DNA of 64,000 bases, taken from positions 1 to 64,000 of IMG/VR virus record IMGVR_UViG_3300044701_000569. One strand, 5' to 3'. Shown piece by piece: positions 1 through 10,369 of this stretch. The stretch's first letter is position 1. The number at the start of each line of letters is the position of its first letter. The notes below the pieces were generated by a model. It was not told the DNA's origin. It made no database searches and saw only the letters and a list, made by a program, of their open reading frames with translations. A program made the position numbers and the translations under genes.

Positions 1-436
1 CATTAAGGTCATCAAAGTAACCTGTGCGTTTTGTTACATTGGCAGTGGCAGCATAAAAGTTAAAACTTGAAAGTATCTGCTGACTTTTGCCTGGCATGTA
101 GTGATGATAGAACTTGGTCTGGTGAACGACACGACTATTAGCATTGTTACTGGTTGTTAGTCTAGCACAGGCTTTGTTGTCTTGAAATGTTACTGAACCA
201 CCATTAAAGATTTTATCTATAAACATCGGGTCTAGACCGTACAAATGTTTATAGTCACCTAGAGTAAACGGTGTACTCATACGTATACGGCCAAACGCAT
301 CAGTCTGTCCTACTTTAAGTGTGGTACGAAGCACAGGTTGCCCTAGCGCATTGTATTCCATGACATGATGTAAGTCACTTAGGTTAGGTTCCCAAGGATG
401 TTCATAGTTAGTACTGTTAGGATTTAAGATTGGCAT
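1..436 (-). CDS. Probable virion structural protein, N-terminal part (runs off window start)
   Basis: ATG at 436; open frame MPILNPNSTNYEHP...DAFGRIRMSTPFTL...YMPGKSQ to the window edge. Confidence 0.55.
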   Translation of the reverse strand, partial: MPILNPNSTNYEHPWEPNLSDLHHVMEYNALGQPVLRTTLKVGQTDAFGRIRMSTPFTLGDYKHLYGLDPMFIDKIFNGGSVTFQDNKACARLTTSNNANSRVVHQTKFYHHYMPGKSQQILSSFNFYAATANVTKRTGYFDDLN

Positions 437-439
437 TGA

Positions 440-676
440 TTAAGCCCAGGGTCTACCAACAACTAGTCCGCCCACGTTAGGGTTATCAACTACATTGTTA
501 GTATCGTTGTCTCCTACAGCATAACGTGTAGGTAACTGTGTAGCATCTGCTGTAGTATCAGCATAGCGGCTTGGTTCTATAACATTCTGTGCTGCTCTGT
601 CATTACCAGCAAGTGCTAGTTTAGCGTCTTGTCTAGCTCTCTTAGTTGCTAGGGTTGAAATTCCATTTGATGCCAT
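440..676 (-). CDS. Hypothetical protein
   Basis: ORF track; packed head to tail with neighbours. Confidence 0.65.
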   Translation of the reverse strand: MASNGISTLATKRARQDAKLALAGNDRAAQNVIEPSRYADTTADATQLPTRYAVGDNDTNNVVDNPNVGGLVVGRPWA

Positions 677-903
677 TATAGACCCCCTAATTGTTTAATT
701 CTATTTAATTCGTCATCGCTACCTTGCTTATTCATAAATCCAACAATTTCGTCATAATCATCCATTGTAACCACTCGCTCTTGACTAATTGCTGTTACCT
801 TTTGTGCAATATCGTGCAGGTCAGGATCTCGTTCTACATCTTCTCTAGCCAGCTCTAGCAGACGCAGAAATGTAGGTACATCGATCTTAATAACATCTAT
901 CAT
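676..903 (-). CDS. Hypothetical protein, C-terminal ELNRIKQLGGL motif
   Basis: GGAG SD and a TAAATA late-type promoter upstream (about 923-928, minus strand). Confidence 0.7.
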   Translation of the reverse strand: MIDVIKIDVPTFLRLLELAREDVERDPDLHDIAQKVTAISQERVVTMDDYDEIVGFMNKQGSDDELNRIKQLGGL

Positions 904-941
904 AATAATTCTCCGCTTAGATATTTATGTTAAATATAGGT

Positions 942-2135
942 ATGATTAATAAAGATCCATTTCGTAACAAAATACAAGAGCTTAAGGATTCAGGCAAATA
1001 TCGTGTGTTTAACGATATTCTGCGAGAACGAGGCAAGTTTCCTAAGAGCATTTGGTATTCAAAATATGCTATCAAAGAAATAGTAAATTGGTGCTCCAAT
1101 GACTATCTAGGAATGGGTCAAAACAAGTTTGTGATCGATGCTATGCACACAGCATTGGATCAAACAGGTGCTGGATCGGGTGGTACTAGAAACATAGGCG
1201 GTACCAGTCACTATCACGTAGCACTTGAAGCAGAATTGGCTTCGTTGCACAAGAAAGAACGAGCCTTACTTTATACGTCCGCCTATGTTGCAAATGAATG
1301 GACGTTGGTCGCTCTGAAACAAATCATTCCTAACATTGTGTATCTAAGTGATTCAAACAATCACGCATCCTTGATCCAGGGCATGAGACACAGTGGTGCT
1401 GAAAGGATCATATGGCAGCACAATGATATGAACGACCTAGAGCAAAAATTAAAAGAGGTGAAGGGCGTACCATGTATAGTATTTGAATCCGTGTATAGCA
1501 TGGATGGAGACGTGTCACCCATGCTCGACATTTGCAACCTCGCTGACCGTTATGGTGCAATAACCTATATTGATGAAGTTCATGCCGTAGGACTCTACGG
1601 AGAACAAGGAGGAGGCTACATTGAAAAACTAGGCCTCCAAGATCGTATAGATATTGTTAACGGTACACTGGGTAAGGCCTTTGGTGTGCAGGGCGGATAT
1701 ATTGCAGCGGATGCTGACGTTATAGACGCTGTCCGCTCTGTAGCCTCTGGCTTTATTTTTACAACATCAATGAGCCCGGTCAGTTGCGCTGGTGCTCTTG
1801 CTGCTATTAAATATCTGCGAGATCATAACGAACTGAGAGTTGAGCATCAAAGCAAAGCTGTTAGATTAAAATATCTTTTAGATAAAGCAGGTATTGAAGT
1901 TTTAGAAGCCAGCACGACTCACATCGTTCCTGTTATGGTTAGGGATGCTGTTAAGTGTAAATCAATGAGTGATAGGCTCTTAAACGAATACGGATTATAC
2001 ATACAACCTATCAACTATCCTACGGTGAGTGTAGGATCAGAACGACTTAGAATAGCGCCAACTCCACTGCACACTGACGCTATGATACATAATTTAGTTC
2101 ACGCATTAAAAGAGGTATTTGATGAACATTCGTAA
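942..2135 (+). CDS. hemA: 5-aminolevulinate synthase (PLP-dependent, Shemin/C4 pathway)
   Basis: Motifs [40 protein letters not shown] (PLP lysine), [19 protein letters not shown]; start at ATG 942 preferred over 927. Confidence 0.95.
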   Translation: MINKDPFRNKIQELKDSGKYRVFNDILRERGKFPKSIWYSKYAIKEIVNWCSNDYLGMGQNKFVIDAMHTALDQTGAGSGGTRNIGGTSHYHVALEAELASLHKKERALLYTSAYVANEWTLVALKQIIPNIVYLSDSNNHASLIQGMRHSGAERIIWQHNDMNDLEQKLKEVKGVPCIVFESVYSMDGDVSPMLDICNLADRYGAITYIDEVHAVGLYGEQGGGYIEKLGLQDRIDIVNGTLGKAFGVQGGYIAADADVIDAVRSVASGFIFTTSMSPVSCAGALAAIKYLRDHNELRVEHQSKAVRLKYLLDKAGIEVLEASTTHIVPVMVRDAVKCKSMSDRLLNEYGLYIQPINYPTVSVGSERLRIAPTPLHTDAMIHNLVHALKEVFDEHS

Positions 2136-2538
2136 AGCACTGTGGTTCACCGCAGGTACAATATTTTTAGGTATAGCATTTGTTGGCATTTATGTTCCAG
2201 GACTGCCCTGGAGTACTCCTACAGTAATAGCAGCCTATTGTTTTGCTCGTTCCAGTGAACGCATGCATCGATGGCTGTACAGTCACAAGATATTTGGTCC
2301 GTTCCTCACAGGATGGACTGAAAAACGCATCTTCCCTACCAAGTTCAAATACTTTATGCTAGTGACTATGAGTTCCAGTCTTGCGCTGATGTGGTTCACC
2401 ACAGGCAATATCAAAGCTGTGCTGTGGACAGGCGGCTTTATGGCACTGGTAGCTATCTGGGGTTGGAGATATCCCGGATCAGAAGAAGAATATCAGCGCC
2501 GCAAAGACGCTGGTAAAAAGATTGCTTGGCTTAAATGA
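2122..2538 (+). CDS. YbaN/DUF454-family inner membrane protein
   Basis: [28 protein letters not shown]...FGPFL pattern; hydrophobic helices. Confidence 0.8.
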   Translation: MNIRKALWFTAGTIFLGIAFVGIYVPGLPWSTPTVIAAYCFARSSERMHRWLYSHKIFGPFLTGWTEKRIFPTKFKYFMLVTMSSSLALMWFTTGNIKAVLWTGGFMALVAIWGWRYPGSEEEYQRRKDAGKKIAWLK

Positions 2539-3104
2539 TTGTTGTATTAGAAAACGCTGTAGATAAAGAGATACAAGATACAATTGAGTCCTGTATATGT
2601 TCTTCAGAATTTCCTTGGTTCTATACTTCAGAGATTACTGGAGGTTCTAAGTTTGGAGAAACAGATCCTTACGGAGGATTTTTCAACATCGTAAGGTTTT
2701 ACGGACAAGCAAATAACCACTACAACGATCTGTTTCTTGAAATATTGCGTAGTGTTGTAAACAATACTAATTTACAAGTGTTTAATGTTGATAGAATAAG
2801 AGCAGGAATGTTTACTAGAGAAAAAGAAATAATAATACACAGTCCCCACATAGACTATGATGTTCCACACACTGCGATGCTGTACTATGTGTGTGATTCA
2901 GATGGACCTACTTTTTTCTATAACGATCAAAAAGAAATAATCAAAACTGTTGAACCAAAAAAAGGAACTGTAGTTTTATTTGATGGTTCAACATTACACT
3001 CTAGCTCTTCGCCTTGCATAAGTGCTAGAAGAATCGTCCTAAACTATAATTTTAATGTTAACTGCCCAGTTCAAAATAATATTCAACTGGTTCAATCGCA
3101 GTAA
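2535..3104 (+). CDS. 2OG-Fe(II) oxygenase-like protein
   Basis: FPWF, PHID (HxD), YYV.DSDGPT, distal H (LHSS) and R.V.NYN. Confidence 0.75.
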   Translation: MIVVLENAVDKEIQDTIESCICSSEFPWFYTSEITGGSKFGETDPYGGFFNIVRFYGQANNHYNDLFLEILRSVVNNTNLQVFNVDRIRAGMFTREKEIIIHSPHIDYDVPHTAMLYYVCDSDGPTFFYNDQKEIIKTVEPKKGTVVLFDGSTLHSSSSPCISARRIVLNYNFNVNCPVQNNIQLVQSQ

Positions 3105-3780
3105 CAAAATCTTCTTTCTTCATTGAAAACTTTTCTGTCTTTAGCCATTCTTTAATTTTGTTGGCAAAAATAGAATTGTTTTTATCATTCATATGACAAG
3201 CCCGTAATTCTCTACCTCCAGGTCTTAAAGGTTTACGCTGCCACATACCTCTACTGTTTTGATATTCTATTCCGTAATGTAACATGTCAATGGTGTGTAT
3301 ATCAAACATAGAACAATTAGACCAATCTTTAACCCTACTCATAGAATAATCAAAACAAGGTATAACTAAGCTATCTGATCTAACAGTGATAATATCCTTT
3401 ACCATTAGTTCTTGTAATGAAACTTCTTGTGCTTCGTTCCTACCAAACACTATCCAATTAAACATTGATGTTAAAACATTTCTATCATTATGAGATAGAT
3501 TAGAATTTTTTAAAGTGTCTTCAATTTGATTAATACCAGGCCAAAAAGGCTGCTGTAATTGAGGTGCATAAAATCTACCCCAATTTGTAACTAAAAAAAT
3601 GCATCTATCATATAGATGATGATTCTTTTGAAAGAGGTCATAACTGTACCAAACACTTGATCCTGTGTGAGCAAAATTAGTTATAGACACATCAGGACCG
3701 TTTAACAAAGAGTACCAAGCTCGGTCTTCGTTCCACGGCTCTGTGTGTGCAAAGCTGTCACCAAATACAGCTACCTTCAT
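3058..3780 (-). CDS. SGNH/GDSL-like hydrolase fold protein
   Basis: N-terminal VFGDSF and late CHMN. Confidence 0.5.
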   Translation of the reverse strand: MKVAVFGDSFAHTEPWNEDRAWYSLLNGPDVSITNFAHTGSSVWYSYDLFQKNHHLYDRCIFLVTNWGRFYAPQLQQPFWPGINQIEDTLKNSNLSHNDRNVLTSMFNWIVFGRNEAQEVSLQELMVKDIITVRSDSLVIPCFDYSMSRVKDWSNCSMFDIHTIDMLHYGIEYQNSRGMWQRKPLRPGGRELRACHMNDKNNSIFANKIKEWLKTEKFSMKKEDFVTAIEPVEYYFELGS

Positions 3781-4292
3781 TACTTTAGCCAGGCTTCCCA
3801 ACTAGGATGACGAATATCAAATTCTAACTGTTTGCGCTTGTTAACAAGTTCATAGTAGTCAGGTTGATATGGTCGACGCAGAGGACGAGGTTCCATCTTA
3901 TTGCCCTTGCGAGCATTACAAGGACCACACGCACTAACAATATTATCCCAACAGGTAGTACCACCTCTACTTAGAGGAACTACGTGATCTAGTGTTAGGA
4001 TTGATTTAGGAAATTGAGTGTCGCAGTATTGACAGGTATTAAGGTCGCGGAGGAAAACATTAGTCTTAGAGAAGCGTGGTGTCTTCCGCCGTCGCATCAT
4101 TTCTTTCATCATAATTACCGCAGGAACTCTTGTTTCCCAGGTTGCTGAGCGAACTACCCAGTCGTCGTACCAGTCAAGAACAGTTACCTTATCTAACCAT
4201 AGATAAGTGACTGCTTCCTTCCACTGCACAGTGCTTAATGGAAGATATGATACGGGCAATCCGTCTGCGTTCAGAACTAGTGTATCTGCCAT
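3780..4292 (-). CDS. HNH endonuclease
   Basis: RD..CQYC...TLDHVVPLSRGG...NIVSACGPCNARKG. Confidence 0.9.
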   Translation of the reverse strand: MADTLVLNADGLPVSYLPLSTVQWKEAVTYLWLDKVTVLDWYDDWVVRSATWETRVPAVIMMKEMMRRRKTPRFSKTNVFLRDLNTCQYCDTQFPKSILTLDHVVPLSRGGTTCWDNIVSACGPCNARKGNKMEPRPLRRPYQPDYYELVNKRKQLEFDIRHPSWEAWLK

Positions 4293-4307
4293 TTTCTACT
4301 TTCTTAC

Positions 4308-4682
4308 TCAATTGTAGTCTGTTTTAGTTACTGGTTTAAAATCAATTCCTGTGTTTAGAACACAGGCTGATCCATCTTTAAATATCAACACGTTGGAATA
4401 GGTTTTTGTTTCTGGATTTGCAAACATTATTCCAGTTCCAACCATTTCTTTAGGCTTTCCTTCGTCAATCCAATTCATGTTACTTAAACTCTGTCCTAGA
4501 GGTATCTCTCCATACTGTGCTTCTAACAGAGCTGCTACTGTAACTGCATCTGAATAACAAGGTATACTGATCAGTACGTGCTTATTCTCAAGTGATCTAG
4601 TTTGAGCTAGACCGTATCCTACTCCTACCAATCCTGCTCCTAGCACAAATAGTACTAAAGCTATTGGTTTTCTCAAGTTCAT
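4308..4682 (-). CDS. Hypothetical secreted or membrane-anchored protein
   Basis: N-terminal signal/hydrophobic segment. Confidence 0.6.
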   Translation of the reverse strand: MNLRKPIALVLFVLGAGLVGVGYGLAQTRSLENKHVLISIPCYSDAVTVAALLEAQYGEIPLGQSLSNMNWIDEGKPKEMVGTGIMFANPETKTYSNVLIFKDGSACVLNTGIDFKPVTKTDYN

Positions 4683-4694
4683 TACCTTAACCTA

Positions 4695-5219
4695 TTAAAA
4701 ATAATGTGCTACTGCCTGAGTCGCACAAAGATCTAAAGCCTTTCGCCATTGCGCACGACCAGTGTATTCAAAAATTATACTAGGTTCTGGGTCACATGTC
4801 AACCAAGTTTCTTCTTTTATTTCATCTTCTAACTGTCCAGGCATCCAACCACTAAGTCCAACACATAATCTCCAAAAATCAGGAGAATTACCATCTGCTA
4901 ACTTTTGTATCATTACTATATCAGAAGTGATAGCTAGTCCACCTGGGACCTGCATAGTATTTGATCCATACCATTCGTCTGAGTGCAACATTATTAGTGC
5001 GCCTGGATTAACAGGTCCGCCTGTATAAACATCTATGTTAGGCTGTAGAGAACCGTGTTCTTTGAGAAGGACATCTGCTTTGTGTCCTGATGTTTTATTA
5101 AGTATTAGACCAGCTACGCCTTTACTACTGTTTTCAGTAACTAAGATTACTGAGTTTGCGAATAGAGATCGCTTTGGTAAATTTGGATGTGCTATCAGCA
5201 GTTTTCCTGCTTTGACCAT
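4695..5219 (-). CDS. YqgE/AlgH (DUF179) family protein
   Basis: LLIAHP, F..SVIL, GLILNK, GGPV, G.SGW.PGQLE.EI...W. Confidence 0.85.
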   Translation of the reverse strand: MVKAGKLLIAHPNLPKRSLFANSVILVTENSSKGVAGLILNKTSGHKADVLLKEHGSLQPNIDVYTGGPVNPGALIMLHSDEWYGSNTMQVPGGLAITSDIVMIQKLADGNSPDFWRLCVGLSGWMPGQLEDEIKEETWLTCDPEPSIIFEYTGRAQWRKALDLCATQAVAHYF

Positions 5220-5224
5220 TTTGT

Positions 5225-5485
5225 TTAACTCCAATCTGGTAGAGGTCCACCATACTTTTTGCCTTTGATCTTCTTACCGCCAACTTTAGCACGACTGTCT
5301 TTGGTAACGCCCAGCTTATGGCTCTTGTTGCCTTCTCTGCGGCGATACCCTTGACTCTTACAGGAAGCCAACGCACTTGCACCTAATGCTGAGTTAGGTT
5401 TAGAACTTTTGCAGAGACTGCGAGTTGCCTGCCAATCTCTTAGACGTATGTCATCTTCTTCGGTAATAAAGTCAAGGGCTTTCAT
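5225..5485 (-). CDS. Small basic hypothetical protein
   Basis: MKALDFITE start, TAAATA upstream on minus strand. Confidence 0.6.
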   Translation of the reverse strand: MKALDFITEEDDIRLRDWQATRSLCKSSKPNSALGASALASCKSQGYRRREGNKSHKLGVTKDSRAKVGGKKIKGKKYGGPLPDWS

Positions 5486-5500
5486 ACAGTTATTTAGCAC

Positions 5501-5716
5501 CTATCTGTAACGGTCAGCAGGATTTTCAAATTCTCTGCTTTCTTCACACAATCTAAATGTTAGTACTTTACGTGGACCGCGAGTTGTATTAATAGATATT
5601 TCTCCTGTCTTTTCGTGGAATTCAATCTTGGTAATTTTAGCCTTGTCGCCATTAGGGCCAACAAGAATCTCTTGACCCAACTCTAAGTGTAGGTCAATTC
5701 CGCGTAATGTACTCAT
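5501..5716 (-). CDS. Hypothetical protein
   Basis: AGGAG SD; ORF track. Confidence 0.7.
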   Translation of the reverse strand: MSTLRGIDLHLELGQEILVGPNGDKAKITKIEFHEKTGEISINTTRGPRKVLTFRLCEESREFENPADRYR

Positions 5717-5822
5717 GGGATTCTCCTAAGAATTCTAAGTATAGAAAAGCAGTTGCTACTGCTTCAAATATTTATTCTGCTGATAATTTTTAATATAAAT
5801 TAGTATATAGGAGAAACATATA

Positions 5823-6107
5823 ATGCAAATTGAAGATATTACAACAGGCGAAAGTTGGGGTTGCAAGTTTAAGGTTCGCACATTTGTTGATGAACAAGGA
5901 CAGCCTGTAAATACTAAAAATATTCCGCTTGGTGGCAAGGTGCCCGGAAATCCTGGTTGGTATGAAAGTGTTGGGTCAATAGCACTGCGTGACTCTAAGA
6001 ATAAGTTAGTAGAAATTATTGATCATCAGTTACCTGACCGTAAGTGGACAGTTAGTTGGGCAGACTGTTGGGACATTGACAGGGTAGAATACGCTGAAGA
6101 TAAGTAA
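5823..6107 (+). CDS. Hypothetical protein
   Basis: AGGAG SD. Confidence 0.7.
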   Translation: MQIEDITTGESWGCKFKVRTFVDEQGQPVNTKNIPLGGKVPGNPGWYESVGSIALRDSKNKLVEIIDHQLPDRKWTVSWADCWDIDRVEYAEDK

Positions 6108-6138
6108 GTGTGCATGAACACAACAAGGAATATGCGCA

Positions 6139-6456
6139 ATGGCACACGAAGATGATGAGCTAGAAGCTGCTGCAAAAGTAGCATTAGGTGAAGCACTTAA
6201 CCTAGCTGCTCAGATTGCAGAAATGCAAATGAATGAAGAAGCCAGAGTTGATATCTACCAATTGTTAGATACCGTAGCGGAATACTACGGTGTTGAACGA
6301 ACAGAAGTTATTATCGATGACGATGAAGACGGGACTGTTATCGTTCGTTACACACGTGATGATGATGACGAAGATGACACAGACGATGCTAAGAAGGATA
6401 ACGAACTGCCCAGCTACCTAACACTGGCTGTGGACAACGATAAAAAGCTACATTAG
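6139..6456 (+). CDS. Acidic hypothetical protein
   Basis: AAGGA SD; D/E-rich. Confidence 0.65.
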   Translation: MAHEDDELEAAAKVALGEALNLAAQIAEMQMNEEARVDIYQLLDTVAEYYGVERTEVIIDDDEDGTVIVRYTRDDDDEDDTDDAKKDNELPSYLTLAVDNDKKLH

Positions 6457-6476
6457 CAATAACGGAGGGCACGGGC

Positions 6477-6671
6477 ATGAGGGTAGACAGTATACAATCT
6501 GTCGATCACATCACACCTAATCAGCGTGTGTTGGAACGAGTATTTTATGGCACAGATGAACGCACTGGCGTTAAAGTGCAACAAAGTTACTACTATGTGA
6601 TAGAAGTCTATAATGAAAAGGGTAAAGTAGAAGAGTCACAAAAGGGCAGAAACGTAGATCTAAGAGCATAA
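6477..6671 (+). CDS. Hypothetical protein with GAGGGCA-type leader
   Basis: Leader GGAGGGCACGGGCATG. Confidence 0.6.
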   Translation: MRVDSIQSVDHITPNQRVLERVFYGTDERTGVKVQQSYYYVIEVYNEKGKVEESQKGRNVDLRA

Positions 6672-6679
6672 TTATTATT

Positions 6680-7186
6680 ATGCAAAACTTTAACTTCGTC
6701 AAACACACTCTAGACCCTGATTGGCAGGATGCCATAGAATATGCCCTTACAGGCGGCAGTCAATTTCCTTGGCAGTTCTGTCAACAAAAAACAACAGACG
6801 CTGAAATACTACCTTGGAACAGTCAATTTACGCATGAGTTCTATGCAGATGGAGAAGTGCAAACACCATTCTTTGAAATAATAGAGCCTGTTCTAGAAGT
6901 GTTAGATCCGCTGAGTTTAATTCGTGTTAAGGCCAATCTTACTATCGCTACACAGGATAGAATGAATCACGATTGGCACAAAGATTCCGGTGACAGCCGT
7001 TTACAGGCAGCAATCTACTATGTTAATACTAATAATGGATCAACAGAGTTTATAAGTGGTGATATGATAGAATCTGTTAAAGGACAGCTAATAACTTTTC
7101 CTGCAGATATGGAGCATAGAGTTTGGACCCACACTGATGTGCAGGCCCGAGCTGTAGTTAGCTTTCTTTATCTAGCTAAAGTTTAA
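6680..7186 (+). CDS. 2OG-Fe(II) oxygenase-like protein
   Basis: FPWQ, RVKANLT, WHKD, YYVNTNNGST, MEHR; resembles 28102-28611. Confidence 0.75.
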   Translation: MQNFNFVKHTLDPDWQDAIEYALTGGSQFPWQFCQQKTTDAEILPWNSQFTHEFYADGEVQTPFFEIIEPVLEVLDPLSLIRVKANLTIATQDRMNHDWHKDSGDSRLQAAIYYVNTNNGSTEFISGDMIESVKGQLITFPADMEHRVWTHTDVQARAVVSFLYLAKV

Positions 7187-7521
7187 CGACAAATCCTACG
7201 TTCACGCATGACGCCGTAGTAGCGATCATATTCACGTACCCAAGTGCATTCACGCACAATCACACGTTCACGATAGATAACTTCAGGCTGTGGGTGTCTC
7301 TGTGCTTGCTGTTGATCCATGCTCTGACCCACGTTAGATCCAATAACTGAACCTACTACGGCTCCGGCGGCTGACCCTGCGGGGCCTGCTCCCAGGGCTC
7401 GTCCTACAGCATAGCCTGTGACGCCGCCAGCCACAGTGCCTACACCTTGATTAGGTCCTGAGGCACAACCTGTTAATACTAGGGCACTCAGTGCCACTGC
7501 ACCCATTACACTCTTGCGCAT
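7183..7521 (-). CDS. Glycine-zipper lipoprotein
   Basis: Lipobox LTGC; GxxxG repeats. Confidence 0.8.
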   Translation of the reverse strand: MRKSVMGAVALSALVLTGCASGPNQGVGTVAGGVTGYAVGRALGAGPAGSAAGAVVGSVIGSNVGQSMDQQQAQRHPQPEVIYRERVIVRECTWVREYDRYYGVMRERRICR

Positions 7522-7555
7522 ACCGTTTCTCCTCTGTTGCTGTTATATGTGCAGT

Positions 7556-8113
7556 TTATTTATAGAACGCATGCTGGCCCAACTGCACAGTGGGTCGCTT
7601 GGTCTCTGCCCAGGCTGGTGCTGATTCCATCCAAGTAGCGTGATAGAACACAGCGCCACGAGTAGGGTCTTTCTGCATCTCTCCACGTTCACGCTTGCCC
7701 ATAACTTCCCACGCTATCTGTTTTGCTCGATGCCATGCTACAGGATCTCGAGGCTCGTCTGGTTTGCCATCACAGAACCAACTAAACTGGCACAGATTGC
7801 GTAGAGGACGTCCCTGCGTGTCAGTCTTGGCCTGAGCCACTACAGCACACACTGAGTTAGGATAGTGAGGATGATCAACCCTGTTCAGGGTGACCCAAGC
7901 CACTGCTCGCTGTCCTCGCTCACTTTCTGAACGTGCTTCCCAGTACACATTGCGAGCTAGACACTCTAACTCACGAGCACGTTCCAGCTCTGCTACTCTA
8001 GTGTCTAATCGCTCTACAGTTCGGTGATCTTGCCAAAGATGTGCCAGTAGCAGTGAGCCCACAACAACACCGCCTGCAAGCCTGCGAGCAGTTCTACCAA
8101 ATCGCACTATCAT
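7556..8113 (-). CDS. Cell wall hydrolase, SleB/Hydrolase_2 family
   Basis: CLARNVYWEARSE, AVAWVTLNRV, CQFSWFCDGK, DPTRGAVFYHA, GQHAFY. Confidence 0.9.
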   Translation of the reverse strand: MIVRFGRTARRLAGGVVVGSLLLAHLWQDHRTVERLDTRVAELERARELECLARNVYWEARSESERGQRAVAWVTLNRVDHPHYPNSVCAVVAQAKTDTQGRPLRNLCQFSWFCDGKPDEPRDPVAWHRAKQIAWEVMGKRERGEMQKDPTRGAVFYHATWMESAPAWAETKRPTVQLGQHAFYK

Positions 8114-8412
8114 CGAGGCCTCACTGTTCTGCCCACAACTTCACCATAACAGTTGGTAGCAATGATTTCTACTACGTTATAATGATAGATGGGTGTGTAA
8201 CCACAGATTCTATTGGGATCACGTCGCCCTGCTGAGCTGCCATAACCGTAGGGTCCATGAACTCTGGGCGATTCAGGTATACGCCCACGAAACAGTTCGT
8301 TGAGCACTACACCGCCCGCAATAGCACCTACAACCTGCTGATCTATGCTTTGTGCAGAAGCACCAAAACTTACTAGGGCTGTAAGACCCGCTCCAATTAC
8401 AAATTTACGCAC
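8110..8412 (-). CDS. Hypothetical secreted protein
   Basis: Signal peptide; AGGAG SD; TTGACA-17-TATATT promoter upstream (8447-8475). Confidence 0.65.
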   Translation of the reverse strand: MRKFVIGAGLTALVSFGASAQSIDQQVVGAIAGGVVLNELFRGRIPESPRVHGPYGYGSSAGRRDPNRICGYTPIYHYNVVEIIATNCYGEVVGRTVRPR

Positions 8413-8477
8413 AGAAGTACTCCTTCAGTGAATTAACATACTAGTTAATATAACACTGAAGGCAGAGTCTGTCAACC

Positions 8478-9389
8478 TTACTGTTCAACTTCAAAAAGCT
8501 GTGGATCCAAATCTGCGTCCACAGTTTCGGGTGTGAACCTATTGTTTGGATCATAGAGGTCTGTGCGTTCTGCAGGTATCATGAAACGATCCATCATCTT
8601 CTTAGCATAGTTCCATTCTGGAGGCATAACTCTGCCATCTGCTAGTGTGATCACATAGTTGCGAGTATTGAAGTAGTCCATGAGTTCCTGTATGGTCTGT
8701 CCAAATGCTCTGGGCTGTATTTCCACGCACTCAATCTGCACTATGGGTCTGTTGGACTGTATGGTATTGATTGCGCCACGCAGTACTTCCAATTCATAGC
8801 CTTCAACATCAATCTTAATAATGTCTACGTCTGTAAACCCAAAACTGTCCAGGGTGTGCTGTGGAACAGTGACTCGCTGATAGCCTGTGTTCACCTTAAC
8901 TGGACGACCATTCAATTTAGTGTAATTGTCATTGGCTACCCGGTTGTGTCCGTCGTTCTTTTTGATGTGCATCTCTATCGTGCCCGGGCCAGGTCCCAGT
9001 GCTAGATTGTAGGTGTGTATCTGTGCGCTGGGCAGTAGATCCGCCCATGTGCCATCCTCTAGTCTGTACCAACCACGTGTGGGATCTGAGTGGCTTCTGT
9101 TCAACCCAATATTGTCCACAGCAGTGTCATAGGTAGCGGGCACGGGTTCAAAGCCATGCACTTCTTGTGCCCAGGTAGCGTACTCCCAGGTGTTCATGCC
9201 TATGTTCATGCCTATGTCCAAGATCTTGCGTGGCTGAGGCACTAGGTCGCGCAGTCGTATTAGATTCTGCTTTTGATAGGGTCCTGCTCGCAGACGCTGT
9301 GTGTAGAATGAGTCTGAATCCCACACCCACATCTGACGTCCGATGTTGTTGGTTATGAGTATCTTTTGTGTTTGTGCCTGTACTGTCAT
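8478..9389 (-). CDS. FkbM-family SAM-dependent methyltransferase
   Basis: LDIGMNIG, VHGFEP, IKIDVEGYELEVLRGA. Confidence 0.85.
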   Translation of the reverse strand: MTVQAQTQKILITNNIGRQMWVWDSDSFYTQRLRAGPYQKQNLIRLRDLVPQPRKILDIGMNIGMNTWEYATWAQEVHGFEPVPATYDTAVDNIGLNRSHSDPTRGWYRLEDGTWADLLPSAQIHTYNLALGPGPGTIEMHIKKNDGHNRVANDNYTKLNGRPVKVNTGYQRVTVPQHTLDSFGFTDVDIIKIDVEGYELEVLRGAINTIQSNRPIVQIECVEIQPRAFGQTIQELMDYFNTRNYVITLADGRVMPPEWNYAKKMMDRFMIPAERTDLYDPNNRFTPETVDADLDPQLFEVEQ

Positions 9390-9447
9390 AGTTTCTCCTT
9401 GATATCGTACTTATGGTCTGCGCAGACTGCACCTGCGAAAAATGGCC

Positions 9448-10143
9448 TTAGAAAGGGTATCTGTCATAGTCTGTGATCACTGATGAGGGCAGTTCGTTGA
9501 TGGGGAACTTTGAGCCAAAGCGTCCCAGACGTGTTTCCTGCCAGCTCTGTTCGTGTGTTTCCAATTGGCTCTTGTTGAGATCATAGTTGATCACAAAGGC
9601 AAATCTGCTGTCTCTGCAGAGAGGATCGCCCAAGAGCTGATCTCGCAGACTCTTGTGACGTCGCCACCCGCCCGTGAGCTGAATGTTGCAGCTTTCATGC
9701 CGTCCCAGAACCTTGAGTGTGTGCTTCCAGATCCTGCTCAGTGTGCCGCAGCCAAAGGGATCCGTGCCGTTCTTTGAGCTCATACGCCCACTGGTGGCAA
9801 TGCCCAGATAGCCCGAGCCCTGCCAGGGTTCATGGAATGCGTCTGCGTAGATGTAGAGTCCGCCAAAACAGTCCTCTTTGAGCTGTATCAGACTCTCCAG
9901 AGGATTGGGTCGACTGTGTGAAAAACCCAAGCCTAGATCTCTGTACACACGATCGCGCTTTTCATACCACTGGGGCACAGGTCCCAAAAACCTCAGCCTC
10001 AGCCCCCCATCTGGCAGTTTAACATTCCTAGGATCAGGTTCGCCCGACTCTAGCAGTAGCTGTCGAGAGCGGGGATCTACGCAGCTATAGACTTCAAATA
10101 TGTCGTGAATGCTGTAGTAGGGAGTCCAATTGTATTGTGCCAT
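9448..10143 (-). CDS. Hypothetical protein (possibly GIY-YIG-like)
   Basis: GLYIY...GYLGIA...RIWKH; TTGACA-17-TATAGT promoter upstream (10176-10204). Confidence 0.5.
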   Translation of the reverse strand: MAQYNWTPYYSIHDIFEVYSCVDPRSRQLLLESGEPDPRNVKLPDGGLRLRFLGPVPQWYEKRDRVYRDLGLGFSHSRPNPLESLIQLKEDCFGGLYIYADAFHEPWQGSGYLGIATSGRMSSKNGTDPFGCGTLSRIWKHTLKVLGRHESCNIQLTGGWRRHKSLRDQLLGDPLCRDSRFAFVINYDLNKSQLETHEQSWQETRLGRFGSKFPINELPSSVITDYDRYPF

Positions 10144-10369
10144 CTGTGAGACCTTGAGAGTTGTTATAAAATACTACTATAACATCTAGCACAGAGGTTG
10201 TCAAGCTCAAACTAGGCACACAGCACAGGCACACAGTGCCAATAACAGCACACAGAGATAGATCACACCGCACCCCACGCTATGATGATTACAGCTAGGC
10301 CAATTATTATCAAACTGGCTAATTCCACGGGTGTAAACACAGAGACCTCCATAAAACTAGTATATAGTC

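Noticed and set aside
3780-4292. HNH gene as a mobile homing element
   Set aside because: Free-standing in an operon with no interrupted host gene or intron structure visible.
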